The notes under the pieces were generated by a model that saw nothing but the letters and a program-made list of their open reading frames with translations, made no database searches and was not told where the DNA came from. From Podarcis filfolensis (Eukaryota): 64,000 bases of DNA. The first letter of the stretch is position 1; each line of letters opens with the position of its first letter. The translations under genes and the position numbers were made by a program. This document shows, in pieces, positions 11,447-25,400 of the stretch. The DNA lies in the NCBI GenBank assembly GCA_964270895.1, contig OZ185435.1. One strand, given 5' to 3'.

Positions 11447-14400
11447 TATTAGTTTCATTGCATGACACTGCTGTTTGGGAAATTGCTGTAACTTTATTTT
11501 TTGTATTCTGAATTGTATTGTGTCCAGTACTGCATCTGCATGCTAAAAGATGTAAATTTGCTTTGCTTCAGTGGTTGCCTGTTTCTTGTTACTTTTACAG
11601 TAATTAACATGTGCTATAAAACACGGTAAGAAAAAAAAACCCTAAAAACAAACACATTTTACATTTTAGCTTTAAACAACCTCAAAAACAGCACCTTCAG
11701 TCTTTGAGGAAAATTGACCCCCCCCCCTTTTCACTCCCTAGAAACAAAAAATAGCATCCCTGAACCCATACCTAAAAATCCATAAAATTCAAATAGATTT
11801 CCTTTCTGAAACAAGAATCTCTTGGCAGCAGAAACTGACATATATATATTTAAAAAAACAGAAGAGGGCAATATTTGCCTGCTTTAAGTGAGCACCTGGG
11901 GATAAACTTGGCACCCGGATACTGCAAAACAGAACTGAAAGGTAAACCTATGACCTCATTGCATCCAGGCCCAATTTAATCAACTACAGGGTATATACAT
12001 TAGTAAAAATAAACCTCTTCAATAAAAACCAGTTGCAAAAATCCAACTCTCTCGACTGCTCAGCCTGGACAATTAGTGGTCTACAATAATCAAGGCCAGG
12101 AATATCTCTAAAGCATCTGAAACTTAATTGCCCTCTAATACTAACAGTAGTCCACAATCAATGCAAGCTGAATTCTTTGGATTTAACCTGACTGAGTCCC
12201 AGTTACACAATGGGATTAAGAAATCCAAGTATTTTGTCTTAAATAAATGCATTATGAATCAGGCTGTTAAACTGAGTTGGCCACAGTCCAGGGAACCCTG
12301 TGAATAACTCTGGTTGCCCAGTGGGGGCTTTGGTCTTGTGTTTCTCCAGCAGCTGCTCCCAATACTGCATAGCAAACACTTTCCGAAACTCAGGGGAGCT
12401 TTAAAAGAAATTTGTGGTTGATGATTTTTGGTTTCTCGAAACAAATCAGAAGTCTGCTGGGAGCGCCCAAAGTAATTCTTGTGAGTGCCAAAACAGACTT
12501 GACATGGGAAATCCATGATTGGCTCTTTCCCCTCTCCTTAATCTTTCTTTACAAGCAGCTCTTTGGGGCGAGGACTAGATTTAGGCAATGGTACTAGATG
12601 AAGGGGGGGGTTAACCTCCCCCTGCCACTTTGTGCCGCAGTAGAAATGGCTTCCCCTGAAGCTGTTCTTTCAGCCTTACTTGGGAAGTGGGGGACAAGTT
12701 ACATTGATGGTACATAGGTGGGCAAAATCCACAGTATTTACAAAGGAAAACACTTTGGAGGGGGGATCAGTCCTGAAAAAAACATTTGGTCCTTCATTTT
12801 GTTTACTTAAGGAAGTATTACAGTTGAAAAAGTCTCTGTTTTTCATTCTCTTATAGGCTACGGTCTGTTTGTCCTGGCTAGCTGGTACATCATATAGGTG
12901 GTGCCAATATTTATGTATACCACAAGTTAAAAAGGTATTTAGGTTGAATGTTAGGCTTTATTTTTCTTATCCTTCTCTGTGCATGCTCAAGTAACTGTGT
13001 CTTCTGTTCTTTTGTAGCTGTCAACTATGCTTTCTGCATAAATTGTTTGAAATAGTCAAGGTCTGTCACACAGATCTTTACTTAACTTGGTTGTCTGAGG
13101 TTTGCATACACATGACACTTTACTTCTAGAATCAGTGGAAACTGAGTACCTTGTTGTTGTTTTTTTACATAGTTCACACACAGTCCAGATCTATATATTT
13201 TTCTGCCTCAGAAAAGCCCTTCTTGGGAAACTGGTTTCATTTTGAAAACAAAAGCTCACTGCAGATGTGTGTCCACTTGAAAACAGATGTAGGTGGTCCC
13301 AGAAATGCAGAGGTGTATCTACACTTGTCCAATGATGCTTTGGGGGGTGTATACAAAGATCACAATCACCATTTCTTTCTTCATTCATGTGGGGTATGTG
13401 CAGGGAATAATCAAGGGGAGGATTTTTCAGGTAACCACACCGACTCTTCTGGATGGCAGGATCTAGAATCAATCTAGATTGAAAGTAACATGTTGAGGAT
13501 GATCATGAACAATTCTAGAGAGAAAATCTATATTATTATTATTTTGCTAGAAATGGGTTAGTGTGTACACAGCCTGAGTGTCATAGTTTAAAGTTCTGAA
13601 TAATAGGAGATATCCAACATCATGTGAGACCAGCTTGTGCAATGGGGCTGTTGGGAGTTGGGAGTCCGACAATTTCTGGAGGGCTTCAGGTTCCCAATCC
13701 CTCCTCTAAAAGAAAACAATGTATTCATCTTTATTAACTACAGCACAAAACAAACATATCCTTTAGAACAAGGAATGTGAACCTGTAGCACTCCAGCTTC
13801 AGCTACCAAGGTCAGTGGCCAAGGATGATGGGAATTGTAGTCCAGCAACAACTGGAGGGCTCTGCGTTCCTTATTTGTGATTTGACCCACTTCAAGAGAT
13901 GACCTGAAGACTTGTAAAGACATCAACAATTTATTGTAAATTTGGCAAATGTCCGATTGAAATGTTATAACCCCATCAAACACTCAAATACATTTTCAGA
14001 TGAGTATATATACTGTGAATAGGTGTGTGTGTCCATCTGAACTTATTCTATAGTCATGGCATAAATAAAGGGCTTGGCTCCAGAATGCCCTTGCAGCTGA
14101 GATCTGCTTGGTCTCTTCTCTAAGCTCCTTTAGACAGGAGCTGAAAAGGTAGCTTGTAATCGACCAATTAAAAACTTCTCTGCAAAATTAGATGGTTGCT
14201 GGCTAAGTAGTTCATTTTGTTTTCTACTACAGCTTTTCATTTACTAGCAATGAGAAACTTATGGGCTACATTTTTGACCCAACACAATCTTAACTGCCAA
14301 GGTGATTGTTTTAATCTAAATGATTATGAGAACTGTATGTTTTAAGAACTTACTCTTAGATAGGATTGTTTGCTTTTTGTGAGTTTCATTGTAATGGTCA

Positions 14401-14576
14401 TTGGTTGCACACAATAAAAATATTCCTAACTGATTAAAACTAACTTAGGGTTTTGTTTTGTTTTTAAAGTTGGTTTGTATTTTCTGCTTTTAATTTTTAA
14501 TTGTTTCAAAATGCACTTGCATGATATTTTTTAATGAGGGCTGCTCTGAGTGCAATTGTAGAACAGGCTATAAATA

Positions 14577-14816
14577 CAGTCGTGTCTTGGAAGTCAAATG
14601 GAATCTGTTTTGGAAGTCTGTTTGACTTCCAAAACCAAAGCACGACTTTTGATTGGCTTCAGGAAGCTCCTTCAGCCAATTGGAAGCTGTGGAAGCCCCA
14701 TGGATGTTCAGCTTCCAAAAGCAGGTTCAAAAACCGGAACAGTCACTTCTGGGTTTTGATAGTTCGGGAGCCAAAATGTTTTAGAACTAGGCTGCTTGAC
14801 TTCCAAGGTACGACTG
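14577..14816. mobile_element. Tigger-like MITE (third subfamily)
   Basis: TIR cagtcgtgtcttggaagtcaa ... ttgacttccaaggtacgactg with TA TSDs. Confidence 0.85.
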
Positions 14817-17800
14817 TAATTACTTTTGTCAGTTTGATCGGCTACAAGGTATACGCTACTATACTGCTTTCAGATCAAAATTATTGTCCATTCTATTCTT
14901 ATTTAAAAACATATTGGGGTGCTTCTGATGACCTGTTTATTATTTATCCTGATTTGTTTGTGGGGAGATTTGACGACAGGGGCTATTTAATGAGCATTCA
15001 TATTGATTTGTTTGCAGGGAGGTTAGATAATGTTGTATCAAGCATTATTCCACACTTTCCATTGCATTTCACCATCACTTTCCTTGTTGCAAAGTCCCAT
15101 CTGAATTTGCTGATATGTGACTGAATTCCACCCCAAAATAGTGATAGTCTGGAAGCATCCTTTACTGGCTACTTCTTAATTGGAAGGCTTTTTGGTATGA
15201 AGTTTCTGTTGTTTTCCCCGCTTTCCTTGGACAGTAGGGGGCAATCTGCACCCATTACTTTAAAACTTCGTACTTCCTCTGAGTACTTGGGATCAACTTG
15301 GGGAAAAGAGAGGCCAAGAGAGATAGTCAAAATCTTTGACTGTGCAACTCACATACCTTTTCTGCTGTAGAATTATGTCTGCTTATAGATGAGCATATAT
15401 ACATGCAAGGATAAGAAGCAGGATCACTTATTAAAATACTAAGGATTGTACTCTAATTCACAACCAAATCCCACTGAAGAAAGTGCAACTTTTTCTGAGT
15501 AAAAGTATGTAAGTAATAAGTATTCAATTTTTTCCAGGAGTAGTGGTTACTGGGCACAATAGCATTTATTGATGAGATGGAAAGCCAACGTCAATGCTAT
15601 TCTGTACAGTCATAAATATTATTCTAGAACTGAACACATTGAAAAATTTACATAGTAGCCAAAACAACAACAACAGGATTGACACACAGCAAAATGCCAG
15701 CACACCTGTAAAAAATCCTGCTCACATAACGTGTTTTTGTGTGTCCACAGTTGGACAACTTGCAATTTCTTACTGGATTTTCTTCTCTTATTAGATTATC
15801 TGCAGATCAGAAAATCTGAATTTAGCAGGGTGAGGAGGATGTTGTGTGGATGCCACAAAAAAGATGCACAAGCAGCTTCATATCTAAATTAAGCTCCCGT
15901 GTGGATGAGTCCTTCGTACTTTTAAATGGACAGGGAGAAAGGGTGGGGGGCAATGAGAATTTTGAAGAAAAGAATTAGGACTGATGTCAGAAGCTCCTTT
16001 TCTTTGTCAGTGAAAATTAGGTAAGCTGTTTCATTTTGCTTTTTCTTATAATTAATGGATTTATTACATGCTTTCTTATTCCTTTGCTTTCTCTAACAAC
16101 CATCCTGTCAGTGATGAGAACATGTTGCTCAAAGCTTTAAAGCCAAGTAGGGATAAGAACATTCCAAAGCTATCTCACTAGCTATCACTCCACACTGCCC
16201 TTTCCTTTGCTGCTTCTGGCAATATGAAAGAGAGCAAGAGATAACCTGCTGGAAGTTATTCAGATAGGTTAACTAGGTGGTAAACTTGATACACAGAGTA
16301 TACAAACTTGATTTACACCATACAGATGTTATGCTGCCAAGATTTGGGGATCTTGTATATAGTAACCATAGAAATGAGGGGGCAAACCATTAAAAAAAAA
16401 GTTTGGAAAACTGTAACGTTAGATGTTCCAACTCGGCTTTCATTCAAACTGAAGCTGCCAATGACGTCTATTGAGGTTGCTTAACTTTCCGCTATAAGAC
16501 CATTTCCAGTTCCTCATATCTTTGCCCAATTATAACCATCAATGCAAAAGCTGTGCAGTCACCAGTGTTTCCCTTGGGCTGATTTTTTAAAAAGAAAAAG
16601 TTGCAGTCATAATGGGAATGATGGGCCCGAGGCACAAAATGCATGCATGTGTGTTTTTGTTTTTTAAAAAAACCCAAGCCTAGTTCTTCCTACGTTTTCA
16701 TTGAGAAATTCCAGCACCTCTGTGTTTTGGAGCAAGGACTTGAAATTTGGCAACAGACAGGTCTCACTTTGGTGTTACGCAAGAGCCTTGCTTTTGTCGG
16801 CCTCAGGAAAATCTGCCCACATTTGGCCAAATTGGAAGCCTCCAAAACATTGCAGCTTATGCATGCTTAGCAGAGACTTTTAAGAACTTGGCAGAAGAGA
16901 TTGCCAAGTTGTCTGCACTCTGAGCGAGCCAGCAATCGGATGGGAAGTCTGAGGGAAATCCACACAGAGGTGTGTTTCCTGACCGCCAGGGGGTGCTGCA
17001 GTGCCAACAAGCAGGGAGTATCTTGCTGTTTGCAGGATTCCTTCTGCTGGCTGTGAAGGGTAGAATCCAGGGCTTTTTTCCCCTAGAAAAAGAGGTGCTG
17101 GAACTTGATCTTTTTTTTAGGGGGAGCACCCACCCAAAGTTGTAAGCCATTGTGTCTCTTTCCTCAGCGATATCATACTACTGAACTGCTTTATCAGATG
17201 GCTGTAAAAACTGTTGAGATGTAAAGTGCTTGAGACACACCCTATAAATTCTAGGTACTGTTGTTATTAGGCTAAGATGGCTGAAACTGTCTTATCCAAA
17301 TTGTATCCTAGACAGTGTCAGCTAAAATCTGACTGGCAGCAATGCGAAGAAGAGGTTTGTGTAGGCAGATCACATCATGATGAAAAACTGTCCCTTTTTT
17401 AATGGCTGTTTCCAGTTGAAATAAGTGCTTGGTTGCCAATGGCGTATTGCCATTGTCCTATTCTAATGTTGGTTTCATCACAACTGACCGATTCCCAATT
17501 AACTTAGGACTGACTGCAGCAACTCCTTTGCCAAAATGTCTCTATGGAGGTTGGTTACCATTCTCGTTGTATATCAGGGATGGGGAGCCTGTGACCCTCC
17601 TATAGATTACAACTCCCATCTTTTTGGCCACGCTGCCTGGGGGTGAGTCCCACAACACCTTGGAGGGCGGGTCACAAGTTCTCCATCTCTATTGTTCATT
17701 ATAAATGAAGATGGTATCCAGTGGAGTGGGTGGTCTCTAGGAATTCAACATCTTGTCTGGTATGTATAATTATTTCCAAGAAAGGTTAAAACACATGGGT

Positions 17801-20138
17801 AACAATAAATAGATTAATAAAGGCATTGTCTTATTTCTTTGGCCACAGTAGGAATACATGATCTTTTGATATGCTTAGTTGATAGGATCAATGAGAAGAA
17901 TGCAAGATTAAGGAAAAAGCAATGGTCACTATATAGATTAAGGTTCTAAAACCACCACAGATCAGAGACTACTTCCCCACTTAGCCCTTTCATTAGATTT
18001 TTTATGGAACATCCATACATCTTTTATTAGCTCACTGCATTTCAGTATTTTCTGTTGTCAGTTCATGGATGGCCGGGGGGAGGATGACATGTGGCAGTTT
18101 TTAAAAAAATGAGCTTCTGTACTTTTCATTAAAATTTTCTGTTTGCAAGTTCTACCTGTTTTATGGCTTCCTGTTGATTGAAGATAGGCAATTAGCACTA
18201 AATTTCCTTTTACTTCTTCCATTTCAGGAGTTTAGAAGGCAACAAGAGTTACTAAAATACTTCCCCTCCCAATCTTTAATTGAATTAGTATTTTGCATAT
18301 ATGGAAGCAAAAAAATGATGGCGTAAGTAATTAATGCTTCTCACTCCATACAGAAACAGAACTTGGCTACTGAAGGGTCATTTATTACCAAACTTCAGAA
18401 AGTCATGGAACAACCAAAACCTTCAAACAGGAAACCTGAATTGCAAAACTCTTAATACTTATCTGAGAAGTTCCATCAGACTCAATGGGGCTTCTGAGCA
18501 TAGGGTTGCACTTATAATTAATGTTGCTGGGAACCTTTAATTCTAAGTAAACATTATAGCAAGATCTTGGCCATGGAGAAGGGCACTGCTGGATAATATA
18601 ATCCTTGTGTAGAACTGCTAATTTAATTCTGCTGCCTTCCAATTAACTATGGAAAAGCAATGCCTTGGCAGCATTCTAGTATGGAAGCAACCCTGGGATA
18701 CAAAAGGGAATTCTTGATTCCCATCACACTGAGAAACCCATTGAAAAATTGCCTATATGTTAATTTCCATGATTAATTTGGCATTTGTTTAGGTCGGATG
18801 AATCCATGTAGTGGATTTAACAGTCACGCATGTGTTCCCCATCCAACTTTCTTCACACTTACTGTGCTGTTGCTCAGTCCACTTTGGGGAGTTTTTGCAA
18901 TGGCATAATAAAATGAGCGGCTGCAAGCAACATGTACAGTATTCTGAAGAAATCTCATGGCTGCTTCACCACAGTCTCATCATGCCATTGGCTCAAGCAG
19001 CTCACCTTGCTGCAATGCCTGTCCAAGGGCTTGGGGCTTTCCAAGGCCTGCGCCTCGGAACCTGCTGTGCCAGACAGTGAGCTGGGATACGTGCCCTGTG
19101 TTCTACCGATGAGCTATGGCTTCTTTGGAGGAATGAACCTAGAGTGGGATTAAAATTCACCTTTCAAAGAACTGAAATACTGTTTTGGGGCCAAACCAAT
19201 AACAGTTGTGAATCCCCATGATATCATTTAAAAATCTTCTTCTGAAATAGGTTTGCCAGCTCAGACCTTCAATGGCAATGGCAGAGATTTGGTGCAATTT
19301 ACCTCTGTCTCTTTGTCAATATATACTAAGATGACGCCAGGTGTAAACAGGTGTGCCTAAGAACAAGTGGAGTCCAAAGAAGGGCACTCACACCATTTTG
19401 ATCAGGCACACAAGCCTGTCATCAAGATCCAAGGAGTTTCCTTTAGAAGTGTTTTGTGGCTGGTGCTGATAGGCTAGTATCTATGTTATCACCAAGAAAC
19501 AACCGCCTTTCATGAGAGCAGATTTTAATTGATTTATTTTAAGCACCAAGTAAATTTTTAATTGCATAACTGTACAAGTTGTTCTTTAAAACATAAAAAG
19601 GACATGGGGGGGGGGGAGAAAGAGGAGGACATGAAGCCTAAATCAGTACTGGAAAAGGAAGCAAACACATCCTAAATTGCAAGATGAATGTGGAAGTAAG
19701 CCTGGCAGGAGATAAAAACGCACCCGCCCACTCCTGTTTTGAGGTGTGTCTGCACACACCTAGTTTTCGTTATGTAATTTCATGCTAGCTTTTCCATGAT
19801 GTAGTTAGTTCATTCCACATCAATATTGTACTCAGAGCAAATACTTTTTGTTGCAGGAGCTGAGGCTGTTAGCTTTTAAGAACACCTGCCTTGTTTGTAT
19901 GCAAAAACGGAACTTGCCTTGGCCACAGTTGACATGAAAGACTAGTCAAATTATCTTGCTAGGTGCATAACCCACATAACTGCGAAGTTTTGTGATGACT
20001 AACTGTTTGTTCCCCACTGATGCGTAACTCAGGGCTCACAGATGCTTTATATGTTAAGACGTGCAAGGTTCCAAGCAAGTTATCAACAATTTGCTCACAA
20101 CTTGTTCACAGGAATCCTTGGGCACACAAATGTACATA

Positions 20139-20360
20139 CAGTGGTACCTCTGTTTACGAACTTAATCTGTTCTGGAAGTCCGTTCTTAAACCAAAACCAT
20201 TTCCCTAATGAGGCCTCCCACCGCCAGTGCCCTTCCACCGTTCGGATTCCGTTCGTAGACCGAGGTAAAGTTTGCAAACCGAGACACTATTTCTGGTTTT
20301 GCAGAGTTCGTAAACCAACTCTTTCTTAAACAGGACTGTTCTTAAACTGAGGTACTACTG
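20139..20360. mobile_element. Tigger-like MITE (related subfamily)
   Basis: TIR cagtggtacctc ... gaggtactactg with TA TSDs. Confidence 0.85.
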
Positions 20361-21039
20361 TATAGAAAGCTACAAAGGAGGGTCTGCAAAATGGGACACA
20401 AGAATGTTAAAGGTTGTGCATCTGTGTATGCAAGTAGTGAGGAAACTCTTGCCCTTCTCTCCGCAGGCTTCCTGCATAAATCCCGAAGACATTTGCTCCA
20501 CTGTTTGAGAACCTAGGGTGTAGTAAGGGAATTCCAAGTGCTGAACACAAGACAACGCTGTGTAACAACCACTACTAATCAGGGCATGAATCTTAAGGAG
20601 GGGACCCCAAATTAAAGGAGCATTTTCATCATTATAGTGTATTAGCTAATCAAGATGAGATGTTGTGAAGATAGATGACACTTGTTGATAAAGGAAGGAG
20701 TGATGTAGGACACCCTGTGGGGGAATGAGTAATTCTCTAGTTAGGGCAGCATTTAACGGTTGCTGTAAACAGAGCCAGGGGCTATAAAATGAGTGATGAG
20801 AGTAACACTGAAATAGGGAAGTTACCAACATGGAGTGAACAACTACTGACAAAACCCCTTTCTCCTCAAATAGTCTTTGGTTTAAAAAACAAAACAAAAT
20901 GCAGCAGCCTAAGGTTTTTGTTTTTTAAAAGGCTTACCTAAATCTGCTTCAGATGGGATACATGAAAACGAAGGCACTTTTGTGCATATGTTATGAAAAT
21001 TATTGTCACATTACCTGTGTTTCCCCCAGATTCCTTTCA

Positions 21040-21660
21040 GCTTAAGAACACAAAAAGAGCCCTGCTGGATCAGGCCCAATGCCCATTTAAGCCAGCATCC
21101 TGTTCTCACAGAAGAGGGTAAGCAGCAGTAGCTGAAAAGGGAAATTGGCAAGCAGGTCAGAGTTAAAGGGGTTTTCAGAACTTGTTCAGAGATTGCAGAG
21201 GTACCAATGAAGAGATTTTAACGGACAAGATGGGGATGCATGGCTAGTTGTGTTTTAAGATGCTTTAAGATAATCCTGTAACTGACCCCCTGCCTCTTAT
21301 AAGAATGGGAACTAGCCAAAAGTCCAGCATCCTGTTCTCACAGTGGCCAACCATATGCCCACGGGAAGTCCACAAGCAGGACTTAAGTAGAACAGTACTT
21401 TCCTCATTGGTGCTCCCCAGAAACAGGTATTTCAAAGCAATACTGCTTCTAATACTGAAAGCAGTACACAGCCATCAAAGCTAGAAGCCATTGATAGCTT
21501 TAGCCTTCATGAGTTTGTCCATCTAAATTGGTGTCCATCACTACATCTCATGGGAGCAAATTTCGTAGATTTAACTAAGACGGATTTTATTTTGTCCTTC
21601 CTGAATCTTCGAATATTCAGCTTTAGCAGATGTCCCTGAGTTATAGTATTATGAGTTAGA
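21040..21660 (-). mobile_element. Old CR1-like 3' fragment interrupted by a 212-bp insert
   Basis: The motif taagaacacaaaaagagccctgctggatcaggcc...ccagcatcctgttctcacagtggcc is a common squamate CR1-type end. Similar relics at about 2925-3120 and 46440-46870. Confidence 0.6.
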
Positions 21661-22284
21661 AAAACATTTTCTAATCCATCTTAAACTACTACTCAACTTT
21701 AAAAAAACAACAGCACAAAATGAAACACTGTACACAATCTTATTTTTAGTCCACAAAGCTTAGGCCATTTGTTAGTCCCAAAAGTGCCACAAGACTCTTA
21801 TTTGTTTTTGCTGCAAGAGACCAATGTAGATATATCTCTCTGAAATGTCTTATCTTAACCTGAAACATATTATTGTTGTATTTGGGTGACAGGAGAAATC
21901 TCACTGAAAACAAAGGTTTTCACTCTCAGCCGTAAAGAAACTCCCCAAACTTCCATCGCTTTGATAATATTTACATGGAGTAATAATGTTGCTACAGAAA
22001 GGCCAATAACATTTACATGTAACTCTCACATAAGCACCTAATGCTGCTTTCCATCTGTATAGCACATTGTCTTTCCAGACTCCCAATTTAGGACCTAAAC
22101 ACCCTTAAGCCAGAAAAAAACAACACATTTTGGGCCTGCCATGGGGCAGGGAATGAGGAGTATGTAGGGCCAAACACATCATTATTCTATGGCTTGCAGA
22201 CACTGATGAGATGCTACTACTGTGCCTCAGGTCCCACTCCGCAATGGAGCATGCCGTTCCCCCTCTGGTTCATTTAACATTGAG

Positions 22285-22476
22285 TGCCATAGCTCAGTGG
22301 CATAGCACATGGTTTGCATACGAAAGGCCCCATGTTCAATCCCTGGTTATCTCCAGGTACGGCTGGGAGAGACTCCTGCATGAAATCCCGGAGACCAACT
22401 GTTGGTCTGTGTTGACAGTACTGAACTGAATGAGCCAGCGGTCTGACTTTGTATAAGGCAGCTTCCTATGATCCTA
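22285..22476 (+). mobile_element. tRNA-derived SINE (squamate family)
   Basis: A box tagctcagtgg and B box atgttcaatcc, followed by the body ending tataaggcagcttcctatg. Not a tRNA gene, because the acceptor stem is lost. Confidence 0.8.
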
Positions 22477-25400
22477 GTGCTCACTGTGTGTTACAAGTAA
22501 AAGTCTTAATGCCATGACAAAGGTATATTATCTTGTTGTTTCTTGTTAGCATTCACTGTATTGATTTTACTTGTGGCTGTAGGTAGAGCAAAGCTCCCAG
22601 CATATCACAAATGTGACCAATGGTGGTTCGTGTCCAGGATTGCCAAAAGAACATGAAATGATAAGTCTGTGGAGCACCCAACCCCATTAATCACTTTGGA
22701 ATGTCAGCTTATAAAATCCCATGACGTCATTTCCCTGTCACAGAGTCAACTCCTTTGCCAATCCCTTTAGTGGATGGATAGGAAACAGGTAAGAGGGGAA
22801 CCTCGAGCGAGAGGGTTATGAACTTGAAAAGAGCAGCTGTGGGAAGACAGCACAGGCATGTGGTGGAGCGGGAGCAAGGAATGAATGAGAGGCAAGAGGG
22901 GAAGGGCTGGAAGAGAAGAGAGCAGCATCTTTCTGTGACATCAGCATATATTTATAGCATGGAGAATAGAACCAGCAGCCATTGCTAGGGTTTGCAGCAA
23001 CCTTCGCCAACCTGGAGCTCCCCAGACATTTCAGACTAAAACTCCCATCAGCCACAGCCTGTGTGTGCTGGAGAGCATCAGGCACAGGTTGATGGGAGTT
23101 GTAGTCCAAAACATCCGGAGGGCACCAGGTTGGGGAAGGCTGGTTTACAGCTAGGATTTCAGCCTGATGCCTGTGGGATCTTCCTAGTGATATCACTGCA
23201 GGCTGACGGAAGAGCCAGAAATGTTATATGATTCTCCTGTCCCACTGCCCTTATTTAAACCTTTGCCAAAACAACAACAAACCACTCAATAAGAATAGCT
23301 ATTGGGGAAGTGCGGGGGGGGGGGGGGGGAGAGGCTGGGAAGGAGCTCAATCAAACATTGGCAGTGGGAGGTTTGGCTAGTGCTGGCGCCTCTAGAGATT
23401 GGGGGAAGGACTCACCCCTCTCTGGTGAGCTCAAAACCACCCACAGTGCTTCCTGTGATGCAGCAGGGTAGGGGAAGGGAGGTGAGAGAGGCAGGGCTGC
23501 CAATGGCAGAGCTAGGCAGCCTGCCAGGACTTTGTGAACCAGGTGGTACCCTATGCTTCCATGCCAGGGGTTGGGCTAAGTGTCAAGCAAGGACACGACC
23601 CGCAGAGGCTGACTTCTTCATGAGAAGGCCAGAGAAGAAGAAGCCTTCAAAACTTCCAAAACTCTTAACAGTCCATGGAAGAATCTCTGGTCTGCCAGGA
23701 GTGATCAGAAGGGTGGCTGTGGGGCTGAGGGACTTTCTGCTGCTCCCTGGAAGGACTTCTCAAAAGGCCAGAGCACCCGCCTGACATATGGAGAATGTGG
23801 GTTCAAATCTTCACTCTGACACGTCCCTGGCAGATTTGGGCAAGTCCCTTTCTGACCTACATCTCAATCTGAAATGAGGATATCTCAATTCTCTGGTTAG
23901 GAGGCAAAGTGCATTCCATGGCACGAAGTACCAATACTTCAGGAAAATGGCTGAAGAGATTTTAAACATGGGCAGCAGGAAGGAATAGAAAGGAGTTCAC
24001 GAAAGCGCTGAAGACAGCAGGATGCAAGATGGCAGGATGCTTGGTGGTTATTTAATGGAGACTGAAAAGAGAAGAAAGCCTTTAACTGATCACCTCCTCA
24101 TTAAAGGGGTGCTTGGACATGCAAACTGGAGTCGGCCACAATTCATTGCTGCGGGAGGAAAGAGAGTCGGAACTGCTTTTGGTGGCATTTACAAGAGTAC
24201 CACAAAAGCAACGTTAGGTACTTCTGAGTTCTAAAAACCGTACTTTGATTTCTGTACAATTAATATGCATTTTAAGAAATAGACTACCTAATGCCCCAGG
24301 AGATCCCATTCAGTGATGTCATGTGCAGGTATCCCAGAATTCCTCTTAACTCTACTTCCTAGAGGGCAATTAAGCTATAATTTCTGCAGTTGTCAAGAGG
24401 CACCCTGGAAAGGGGGGAAAGAAAGTTTTATTTCCACAATATTCCTGCAGATGTAAGGAACAAAAATTATGGTATTAAAAGTAGGATCTGTACTCTTCCT
24501 ACTGCTGCGTTCAAAGTGTGAATAGTACAGGAGTTAGGAAGCATTAAGCACAGCAAATGGCTGGTTAAAGTAACTGTGTGAATGTGGTCCAGGAATGCTG
24601 AGGAGATGGAAGACTGCCTGAGGCAAAGGCAAAGAGCGAACAGAATTTATATGTATCTGGCTGTCAGATCCAAGCTGGATCAATTTAGCAGACCTAACGA
24701 GACATTCACAAGATCACTTAATGCAGAAAGGCAAAGCGTTAAAGCACTTTATCTTTATTCAAGCTTGTTTTTCAAATCTTTTAAGAGTTGCCACATGAAG
24801 CAATCTTGATCAGTCTTTTTAATGGCTGGGATAATAAAAAACAACAAGCAAGGATGGTATTTACTCCACATTAATTAGCAAGGGAGCATATATCAGCTAA
24901 AGAGCACACTGACAATGCTGCAGGAGTAGTCCTTTTGTCAAGGCATATAACCATCTACATAACATAGAGAGGCTTCTACGGTTAGGGTTTACGTGCCTGC
25001 TTCCTAACGTCGTCCCCCCCCCAAATATTATCTAAAGTAGACTTTTCACACATGCACACTTGTTGCAATGAAATGAATAAGCTGAAATGGAACCGTGGGC
25101 ATTTCTGCAACTCCCCAAGAGGGTGAAATTTAAAAGTTCTATTTGAGATGACAACAGAGAACTGCAGGAGCAAAAAAAGCATCACTCTCCTGCTTCCTGT
25201 CTGTCTATTCCCCCAGTTTTATAACATCTGAAGCAGCTCTGGCTTCAGGGAAACATCTGTGTTCCAGCCAGAACCCTAAAAATCTCACTTTTAAAAAAGT
25301 ATGTTTTGAGACCTCACAGTTGTAGAACGACACTTAAAAGGTGAAGGCAGAATCTGTTGTAAAACCAGGGTAATCTGTGGGTGGGTTAAAGTGGCCAGGA

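Noticed and set aside
14534-15124. 196-aa ORF
   Set aside because: It spans an L2 tail, a Tigger-like MITE and the tandem motif. A chance ORF with no protein resemblance.
22285-22365. tRNA gene
   Set aside because: Degenerate stems and a contiguous SINE body show it is a SINE head.
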